Position numbers and translations under genes: made by a program. DNA of 64,000 bases, from contig WJMN01000025.1 of assembly GCA_014727925.1 (NCBI GenBank), positions 2,575 to 66,574 on the forward strand. Reading direction: 5' to 3'. The stretch comes from Candidatus Micrarchaeota archaeon (GTDB taxonomy: Archaea; Micrarchaeota; Micrarchaeia; Anstonellales; Bilamarchaeaceae). Positions within the stretch are counted from its first letter, which is position 1; the number at the start of each line of letters is the position of its first letter. This document shows positions 57,320 through 64,000 of this stretch, piece after piece. The notes under the pieces are model-generated. The model saw only the letters and a program-made list of their open reading frames with translations, did not search any database and was not told the origin of the DNA.

Positions 57320-58228
57320 ATGGACAGATTTATTGTGTGTTTTTTGGTTTTGGGCCTCCTGATTTCAGGCTGCCCACAGGAAAGGGGGAGCTCCCCCGGA
57401 GTGCTTGAGCCGCCCGCTCTAGAAAATTGCACTGATTCGGACGGGGGGAAGGATGAATTTGCCCATGGTACTTCCACCCTGGGCTCAGAGTCAGAAAGTG
57501 ATAGCTGCACTGGAGAGGGAGAAGTACTGGAATATTTCTGCTCTTTGGGGGCAATTGAAAGCGAGGAAATAGCATGTCCCGCGGGGCATGGGTGCCAGGG
57601 CGGGGAGTGTGTTGAGCTCAATTGCTTTGATACTGATGGGGGAAGTGTGCCTGAGGCAAAGGGCACAGTGCAGTATGATGGGAAACAATATACTGATTAT
57701 TGTAGAGCGGGGGGAAGTGTGCACGAGTATTACTGCGGGGAGGGCGTTGCTGAAGAAGATGTTGCCTGTGCTGCGGGGGAAGTGTGCGAAGGCGGCAGGT
57801 GCATTGAAGGCCCGGCCTGCACAGACACGGATGGGGGGAAGGAGCTTCATGAGGGGGGAACAGTTACTGCAGGCGGAAGAAATTATGAGGACTACTGCCT
57901 TGGCACATACGTTGTTTACGAATACTATTGCGAAAACGGGGCAAAAAAAGCAGAGCAGGTTTCCTGCCCTGAAGGAGAATATTGTGTTGATGGGATTTGT
58001 GCAGAAGAAGAGGAACACGAATGCGAGGATACAGACGGGGGAAAGAAAACCTGGAAAAAGGGGACTGTGACTTACTGGTCAGGCGGGGAGGAGTATACTG
58101 AAACAGATAAATGCTACGATGACTATTCTGTGCTGGAGGTTTGGTGCACAGATGGGGGAACAGTAGGTTTTGGCATACTTGAATGCGAATCAGGGGAAAG
58201 CTGTGAAGACGGGAAATGTATGGATTGA
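57320..58228 (+). CDS. Cys-rich lipoprotein with four C.D(S/T)DGG repeats
   Basis: ISGC lipobox; CTDSDGG, CFDTDGG, CTDTDGG and CEDTDGG units of about 66 aa with 6 Cys each. Confidence 0.8.
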   Translation: MDRFIVCFLVLGLLISGCPQERGSSPGVLEPPALENCTDSDGGKDEFAHGTSTLGSESESDSCTGEGEVLEYFCSLGAIESEEIACPAGHGCQGGECVELNCFDTDGGSVPEAKGTVQYDGKQYTDYCRAGGSVHEYYCGEGVAEEDVACAAGEVCEGGRCIEGPACTDTDGGKELHEGGTVTAGGRNYEDYCLGTYVVYEYYCENGAKKAEQVSCPEGEYCVDGICAEEEEHECEDTDGGKKTWKKGTVTYWSGGEEYTETDKCYDDYSVLEVWCTDGGTVGFGILECESGESCEDGKCMD

Positions 58229-58327
58229 AAAATCGATTGTGATATAACTGTGAGAATTTGGAACTAAACCCATAGCCTTTAAATAGTTCAATCCAATAGA
58301 AGTAGGCTAGTTTATATTACATGTAAG

Positions 58328-58807
58328 GTGGTACAATTGGGAAAAACAGCAAAAGAATTAGTAGGTGAGAAAGCAGAGGAAATAATTACAGAGCTCAATA
58401 AGGCTCTGGCAGATGAATGGCTTGCTTATGTTCAATACCTGATGGCGGCTTCCATAGTCAAGCATCCAAATGCTGCAAAGGAGCTAGAAGCTGTTGCAAA
58501 AGAAGAGCTTGAGCATGCTGAAGAGCTTACTGAGCGGATTCTGCAGCTTGGAGGAAAGCCGGTAGTAGACCAGAAGCAGCTTTACGAGATTACCAACTGC
58601 GGCTATGAAGCACCAAGCGAAGAAACCCTCCAGTCGCTCAGGGGAGCCCTTAAAGGAGAGAACTGCGCAATAAAGATTTACCACAAGATTGCGATGATGG
58701 CAAAGGACACCGATGTGGTAACCTACAACCTTGTGCTGCACATCATGGAAGAGGAAATTGACCATGAAGAAAGATTTGAGGCCCTTGTTGAGTGGATAGA
58801 GGGCTGA
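58328..58807 (+). CDS. ferritin-like protein (DPS-like / bacterioferritin-related)
   Basis: LNKALADEWLAY.QY, EELEHA....RI.QLGG.P, E.CAI..Y and EEI.HE diiron ligands. Confidence 0.9.
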   Translation: MVQLGKTAKELVGEKAEEIITELNKALADEWLAYVQYLMAASIVKHPNAAKELEAVAKEELEHAEELTERILQLGGKPVVDQKQLYEITNCGYEAPSEETLQSLRGALKGENCAIKIYHKIAMMAKDTDVVTYNLVLHIMEEEIDHEERFEALVEWIEG

Positions 58808-58881
58808 ATTTTTCATTTTTTCTTGTTTTTTCAATTTTTAATGTTGGGTATGCTGGCCGTTTTATGAAGGGTGGATAAAAA

Positions 58882-59259
58882 ATGACTGAAAAAAAGGAAA
58901 TATACAAATGCAATGTTTGCGGAAACATTGTTGAAGTGCTCCATGAGGGAGCAGGAGAACTGGTCTGCTGCGGACAGCCGATGGAGCTCAAGGCAGAAAA
59001 GGTTGAAGAAGAAGGGGACGAAAAGCACGTTCCTGTAATTGAAAAAACTGAAAACGGGATAACGGTTAAAGTGGGCTCTGCGCCGCACCCGATGGAAGAA
59101 GAGCATTACATAGAATGGATTCAGGTAATCGCAGGGGATGCCTCCTACAGGAAGTTCCTCAGACCAGATGAAAAGCCGGAAGCAGACTTCCCCCTAAAAG
59201 ACGAGAACGTAACTGCAAGGGAATACTGCAACGTGCACGGGCTCTGGAAAAGCAAATAG
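58882..59259 (+). CDS. dfx: desulfoferrodoxin (2Fe superoxide reductase)
   Basis: C..CGN...CCG centre I; EKHVP, HPM..EH and CN.HG centre II. Confidence 0.95.
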   Translation: MTEKKEIYKCNVCGNIVEVLHEGAGELVCCGQPMELKAEKVEEEGDEKHVPVIEKTENGITVKVGSAPHPMEEEHYIEWIQVIAGDASYRKFLRPDEKPEADFPLKDENVTAREYCNVHGLWKSK

Positions 59260-59265
59260 ATTCTG

Positions 59266-60561
59266 CTACTTGGGCTTGTGGCGACCCCACTTGCCCAGGG
59301 CCTCTTTTAATTCCATGTTGTTTTTTGCTTTTTCTTGCAGGGTTTCGCCTTCCATTACTGCCTCTACTGCCTGCATGGTTGCTTTTGCGCCTGCACACGT
59401 TCCTTTTGGATGCCCATGTATCCCTCCTGAAATAAGAAGTATCATCTCGTTCCCGTAAATGTCCATTACATCAGGCACTAATCCTGGGTGGAGACCTCCG
59501 GAAGATGCGGGGAACACTGTTTTCATGTTCCCCCATTCCTGGTCAAGAATCAGGTCTTTCTTGGCTTTTGTTTTCTTTTCCCTGAGTATATCTGCAATTG
59601 CCATCACTTCAGGCTTTGTGCCCACGAGCTTCCCTACTGCGGTTCCTGTGTGGATGTTGTTTACTCCAAGAACTCTCATGGTTTTTGCAAGGAACTGCAT
59701 GGTCATTCCATGCTTTGGGTTACGGTCAAATGCTGCATGCATTGCCCTGTGCGCATGGATTGCAAGGCCCAGGTCCCTGCAATATTCTGTCATGGTCTGG
59801 ACAGCAGCTGTCCCAGAAACCACCACATCAATCATTACATAATTCCACCCAGCATCTGCAACAAGGTTGGCGCGCCTCTTCATCTCTTCTGTTTCTGCTG
59901 TGATGTTGAAGAATGCAGATTTCTTTTCCCCTGTGAGCTTTTCGGCCTTGTCCCTCATCCGTGTCATGATTCTCAGGCGCTCTTCAAAGCGGTTGAATTT
60001 TTGGGAGGTGAGGTTTTCATCATCCTTTACAAAATCAAATCCGCCCATCCAGGTCTGGTATCCTATTTGTGCATGCTCAGAAGCGGAAAATCCTATCTTG
60101 GGCTTAACCACTGCACCTGTAAGCGGACGCTTCTTTACGCCCATCATCTTTCGGATTCCTCCCATCCCATACTGGGGGCCCTTGAATCCATTCAGATAAG
60201 TTTTGGGGAATGTTGCATCGATAAGGCGTAGGTTCTTCACTCCCTTCATCCCAAAAATATTTCCTGCAATTCCCGAGAGAAGCTGGGCCATGTTGCCTTT
60301 TTCCCAAAGGCCCATTGGATAGGCAACCTTTAGGTAGTTTCCCTTCATTTGGAAGGCTGTTGCCTTGAGTTTGTTCATCCTGGGGGGGAGATTAGTGAGA
60401 GTTGTCCAGGTTCCTGTAGAGCTTTCTGAAGCAATTCTTCCTGCGGATTCTTTTTTGCTCATCCCTGCGGGTGGCTCAAAATAAAAAAGGACTATCAGGT
60501 CATCTTTTGCTGGCTTATATCTTAAATCCACAAACTGGTTGTACCAATCTATTTTTGCCAT
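59266..60561 (-). CDS. rbcL: RuBisCO large subunit, form III / III-like
   Basis: ESSTGTW, AGN.FG, KPK.G, GGFDFVKDDE, HAHRAMH, HTGT.VGKL, SGGLHPG and GHP motifs. Confidence 0.95.
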   Translation of the reverse strand: MAKIDWYNQFVDLRYKPAKDDLIVLFYFEPPAGMSKKESAGRIASESSTGTWTTLTNLPPRMNKLKATAFQMKGNYLKVAYPMGLWEKGNMAQLLSGIAGNIFGMKGVKNLRLIDATFPKTYLNGFKGPQYGMGGIRKMMGVKKRPLTGAVVKPKIGFSASEHAQIGYQTWMGGFDFVKDDENLTSQKFNRFEERLRIMTRMRDKAEKLTGEKKSAFFNITAETEEMKRRANLVADAGWNYVMIDVVVSGTAAVQTMTEYCRDLGLAIHAHRAMHAAFDRNPKHGMTMQFLAKTMRVLGVNNIHTGTAVGKLVGTKPEVMAIADILREKKTKAKKDLILDQEWGNMKTVFPASSGGLHPGLVPDVMDIYGNEMILLISGGIHGHPKGTCAGAKATMQAVEAVMEGETLQEKAKNNMELKEALGKWGRHKPK

Positions 60562-60591
60562 GTTAGGAAAAAGGTGGCAATGAATAAAAGG

Positions 60592-61767
60592 CTACTGGGG
60601 TTCCGGAGATTTCCTGCCGGTCATTGGCTTTGTGAGCAGTTTCACCAGGATTGGGCCGCAGAAGGTTGTTGCTATACTGAGCACAATCATTGCGGTAATA
60701 AGCATGTCATCTATGAGTCCCAATTCAAGCCCCACAAATGCAACAGCTAGGGTGGTGCTCAGCTGGGGGATAGTTGCAACCCCTGAGATTATGCTCTCTT
60801 TTGAATTGAATCCATTCACTCTGCCTGCAAGGAACCCCCCAATAAATTTAGAGAGCACAGCTGCTGCGAGGATTATGAGGATAGTGGCAAGGCCTCCCAC
60901 TCCGCTAAAGAGCACGCCCACATCCATTTCCACACCAATTATGATAAAGAAAACAGGGATGAAAAGCCCGTAGCTGATTGCATGCAGCTTTCTGGTTAAT
61001 ATCTGGCTCTGGATGGATTCTGAGAGCACAAGACCGGCAAAGAACCCTGCAATTACCGGGTGCATTCCCAGGATGTCAAAAAATACTACTGTGGCAATCA
61101 GGGCAACAAATACAAAGCGCACTTCCTCCTCGAAAAGGCTTTTTTCTTCCCCGTGGAATTTCCTGAATGCCTCCCTTGCTTTTGGCAGGAGCTTCCTGAG
61201 TGCATAGAGAGATATTGCAACTATTATATAGAAAAGGTAAAGGGGAATCTCGGTTGTGGGGTTTACCAATTGCAGGAAGAACGAGAGCATCAGCAGGCTG
61301 AAAACATCCTCAAGTATTGTTCCTGAAACAATAAGGCGGCCGAGCTTTACCTGCATCAGCCCCTGTGCCTCTAGCACCGGAAGAACTATTGCAATTGAAG
61401 AAGAAACAAAGATTATGCCTAGCATGAATGAGCCAATCATGCCATAGCCCAGGTACGAGGCAACCAGGAAACCAACACACATCGGGAGAATCCCGTTTAG
61501 GAGGGAGAACTTTGCTGCGCTGCCCACTATTTTCCTGAAACTGGAGAGCTTTATTTCAAGGCCTGCCATGAACATCAGGAAAACCAGGCCTATTGAGCCA
61601 AGAAAATCAATTGTTTCGTCTATTACGATCAGGTCCAGAGCAAACGGGCCAATGATTATTCCTGTAATAATTAGGGCAACTACATAAGGCATGTGGAACT
61701 TTTTGAGGAACTCGGAAAGAAACAAGCCTGCAGAAATGACTATCAGGAAAGAAAGGAGTTCCGCCAT
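60592..61767 (-). CDS. cation:proton antiporter, CPA2 (NapA/Kef-like) family, no KTN domain
   Basis: G.IIGP, IG.VFLMF.AGLE, SSS.AI, LED.F, F.PVFF..IG motifs; about 12 TM segments. Confidence 0.88.
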   Translation of the reverse strand: MAELLSFLIVISAGLFLSEFLKKFHMPYVVALIITGIIIGPFALDLIVIDETIDFLGSIGLVFLMFMAGLEIKLSSFRKIVGSAAKFSLLNGILPMCVGFLVASYLGYGMIGSFMLGIIFVSSSIAIVLPVLEAQGLMQVKLGRLIVSGTILEDVFSLLMLSFFLQLVNPTTEIPLYLFYIIVAISLYALRKLLPKAREAFRKFHGEEKSLFEEEVRFVFVALIATVVFFDILGMHPVIAGFFAGLVLSESIQSQILTRKLHAISYGLFIPVFFIIIGVEMDVGVLFSGVGGLATILIILAAAVLSKFIGGFLAGRVNGFNSKESIISGVATIPQLSTTLAVAFVGLELGLIDDMLITAMIVLSIATTFCGPILVKLLTKPMTGRKSPEPQ

Positions 61768-61801
61768 GGGAACTCCTCAATATCAGAAAATATAAAGATT
61801 T

Positions 61802-62182
61802 CTATAAAACCGAAACCTGGACCGAGCGTATCCCTTTCGTGCGCTTCAGGTGGGAAAACAGCTCTTTTACCCGCTTTGCATCCCCGCAACTGATAAGCAC
61901 CCTGAGGCAAATGCTCTTGTGGTGCTGGTGCACTTCCGTTTTTATCACATCCTCGAATTCGTTCAGGAGTCTGCTCAGGGAATCGGCTCCATGTGAGGCA
62001 TGAGTTACTGTGAACACTGCATCAGTGTGCCCTCTCCTAGACTCAAGCACGTTATACTCATTAAGCATGGAATCTATTGTTGCGCGCAGGAGTTTTGAGC
62101 GGCTCCCGAATCCAAGCTTTTCCTGAATCCTGTCCAGCTCTGCAAGCTGGCCCTTGTCCATTGAAACGCTGATTATTTCCAC
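61802..62182 (-). CDS. NikR-like ribbon-helix-helix metal regulator
   Basis: IISVSM...L...D.....G..SRS...R RHH motif; ACT-like domain with EVHQHHKSICL; GTG start after GGGGTGG. Confidence 0.85.
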   Translation of the reverse strand: MEIISVSMDKGQLAELDRIQEKLGFGSRSKLLRATIDSMLNEYNVLESRRGHTDAVFTVTHASHGADSLSRLLNEFEDVIKTEVHQHHKSICLRVLISCGDAKRVKELFSHLKRTKGIRSVQVSVL

Positions 62183-62358
62183 AATTCCACCCCAAGTTTT
62201 TCGAATGATCCATGAAACGTGAGCGATATAGTAGAGATTATGCAGAATGGGCAGGGGCACGCAAGACTGCTGATTCCGAATAGTGCTCCGGATACAGGGC
62301 TTGCATTTCCCTTTCCGGAAAGGAAATTTTTACTAACTAAATGTTTGGAATGGTCCAT
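62173..62358 (-). CDS. small 61-aa Cys-motif (CPCPFC) hydrophobic peptide
   Basis: ATG about 25-30 nt downstream of a minus-strand TTATTAA box; stop overlaps the NikR-like start by 10 nt; hydrophobic core around CPCPFC. Confidence 0.5.
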   Translation of the reverse strand: MDHSKHLVSKNFLSGKGNASPVSGALFGISSLACPCPFCIISTISLTFHGSFEKLGVELWK

Positions 62359-62393
62359 AGTTAATAACTTTTATGGAAAGAGTTAATAACTAT
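62357..62393. promoter_or_regulatory. candidate operator with two AGTTAATAACT half-sites 22 bp apart, overlapping divergent TATA-like boxes
   Basis: ATAGTTAATAACT-TTTATGGAAAG-AGTTAATAACTAT. Confidence 0.6.
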
Positions 62394-62423
62394 TTGCCTC
62401 TTTTCAAAATAAGGTGAATTTAG

Positions 62424-63374
62424 ATGTACTCAAAACCGATTATTTTTCTGGTTCTTGCGATGGCACTACTGCTCTTTGGATGCACCTCCCCTCAGGAGGA
62501 AAGCGGAAAGATGAAAGTAGTTGTTACACTCCTGCCGCAGGCGGAGTTTGCTGAAGAAGTCGTGGGGGACAACGCAGAAGTGATTGTAATGGTGCCTCCA
62601 GGGGCGAGCCCCCACAGCTATGAGCCCACCCCTTCACAACTTGAAGAAGTTGCGGGCTCCTCATTATATTTCAAAGTTGGGTCCGGAGTGGAATTTGAGA
62701 ACGCCTGGATGGAGGATATCCAGGGGGTTAACCCTGGCCTGGAAGTAATAGATTGCTCTAAGGGAATTGAACTAATCCCAATGGAAGAGCATGGGCACAA
62801 TGAACATGAAGAGCACGAAGAACATGGGGGAGAGGAACACGAAGAGGAGCATGAAGAAGAACATAATCATGCGCATACTGGCCTGGACCCGCACATCTGG
62901 AATTCTCCGAGGAATGCAAAAGTAATGGTAGAAAACATGTATAGTGCATTAGCCCAGGAGGATCCGGACAATGCCGCATATTACCGGGCAAACGCAGATG
63001 CGTACATCTCCCGCCTTGACCAGCTGGATTCACGCATAAGCACCACGCTGGAGGGGAGCAGGAACAAGGAATTCATAGTTTTCCATCCTGCATGGGGATA
63101 CTTTGCCCACGATTATGGGCTTGAGCAGATAGCGATAGAAGAGGCAGGAAAAGCGCCCACGGCCCAGAATATCCAGCATGTTGTGGATATGGCCAAAGAA
63201 CATGGGATTAAGGTTGTATTTGCCTCCCCCCAGTTCAGCACGTCTAGTGCCGAAACAGTGGCATCCGAGATAGGGGGGCAGGTGATCCTCATTGATCCAT
63301 TGGATAAAAATTACCTGGAGAACATGCAGAATGTGGCAGATGCATTTGCAGCAGCTGGGGGCGCCGCAAACTAA
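62424..63374 (+). CDS. znuA: Zn/Mn ABC transporter substrate-binding lipoprotein with His/Glu-rich loop
   Basis: LFGC lipobox; SPHSYEPTP, DPHIW.SP and FHPAWGYFA..YGL motifs; H/E-rich loop. Confidence 0.88.
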   Translation: MYSKPIIFLVLAMALLLFGCTSPQEESGKMKVVVTLLPQAEFAEEVVGDNAEVIVMVPPGASPHSYEPTPSQLEEVAGSSLYFKVGSGVEFENAWMEDIQGVNPGLEVIDCSKGIELIPMEEHGHNEHEEHEEHGGEEHEEEHEEEHNHAHTGLDPHIWNSPRNAKVMVENMYSALAQEDPDNAAYYRANADAYISRLDQLDSRISTTLEGSRNKEFIVFHPAWGYFAHDYGLEQIAIEEAGKAPTAQNIQHVVDMAKEHGIKVVFASPQFSTSSAETVASEIGGQVILIDPLDKNYLENMQNVADAFAAAGGAAN

Positions 63375-63406
63375 TCCTTTTTATTCTTTTTTGGGAAAGA
63401 GGTTCC

Positions 63407-64000
63407 ATGGAAGAAGTTGTTGAGCTGAAAAACGTTTCTTTCAGCTATGATTCAATACCTGTCCTACGCAATGTCAGCCTTAGCGTGAAAAAAGGGGATC
63501 TAATTGGGGTGATAGGCCCCAATGGAGGCGGCAAGACAACCCTGCTCAAAATCATTCTGGGGCTCCTCCGGCCCACAAAGGGGAATGCTTCAGTATTTGG
63601 AAAAACCCCAGAAGCAGGGAGGGGCAAAGTAGGCTATGTTCCCCAAATTGCCAACTTCGACAGAGAATTTCCGATAGATGTTCTGGGGGTGGTGCTCTCA
63701 GGAAAGCCAGGGAACATAAGCAGGCCAGGATGGACCTATAACCAGGAGGAAAAATCCAAAGCAATGAATGCACTGGAAACCGTAGGCATGAGAGGATACG
63801 CCAAGAGGCAGATTTCAAAATTATCCGGAGGCCAGATACAGAGGGTACTTCTGGCCCGTGCGCTTATGAGCGAGCCCAGGCTGCTGCTCCTAGACGAGCC
63901 GGTATCAAGCCTGGACCCGGATGCGCAAAAGAACTTTTATGAACTATTGGGAAGGCTGAAGGAAAAGATGGCAATAATGATAGTGACGCACGACCTTACT
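63407..64000 (+). CDS. znuC: Zn/Mn ABC transporter ATP-binding protein (3' truncated)
   Basis: Read manually: MEEVVELKNVSFSY, GPNGGGKTT, GYVPQ, LSGGQIQRVLLARAL, LLLLDEP. Confidence 0.88.
   Translation, partial: MEEVVELKNVSFSYDSIPVLRNVSLSVKKGDLIGVIGPNGGGKTTLLKIILGLLRPTKGNASVFGKTPEAGRGKVGYVPQIANFDREFPIDVLGVVLSGKPGNISRPGWTYNQEEKSKAMNALETVGMRGYAKRQISKLSGGQIQRVLLARALMSEPRLLLLDEPVSSLDPDAQKNFYELLGRLKEKMAIMIVTHDLT

Noticed and set aside
62183..62260. N-terminal extension of the NikR-like ORF
   Set aside because: The RHH beta-strand starts at GTG 62182; the upstream DNA is better explained by the CPCPFC ORF in another frame.

Overview
This is an archaeal chromosome segment, most consistent with a DPANN archaeon such as Ca. 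Micrarchaeota. That assignment is inferred from the archaeal ribosomal superoperon, bacterial-type gyrase, form III RuBisCO, Cys-rich surface lipoproteins and basic orphan ORFs. Core content: partial dcd, porCDAB, aIF5B, two PurP paralogues, the L3-to-Cbf5 ribosomal cluster, tRNA-Ser(GGA), S13-S4-S11-rpoD, Taw1, CCA-adding enzyme, gyrB/gyrA, PolB and Rad50. The right end carries a metal/oxidative-stress block (flavodoxin, VIT1/DUF211, ferritin-like, SOR), RuBisCO, a CPA2 antiporter and a NikR-like regulator divergent from ZnuA/ZnuC. I saw no CRISPR array, transposase, integrase or intein. The main leads are: (1) a NikR-like regulator lacking one Ni ligand, coupled to an overlooked 61-aa CPCPFC peptide, with a two-half-site operator divergent from a Zn-type ABC importer; (2) a multi-stem RNA leader before rpl3; (3) tandem tRNA-end-derived inverted-repeat units behind tRNA-Ser, next to an inserted SixA plus bacterial-type DHS pair; (4) a triple Xis/MerR-like HTH protein just upstream of polB; (5) a receptor-like membrane protein ending in a Roadblock-like domain upstream of gyrBA; (6) an unannotated 44-aa peptide with its own RBS and terminator, divergent from TrmB. 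All family calls come from motifs read by eye; no searches were run.
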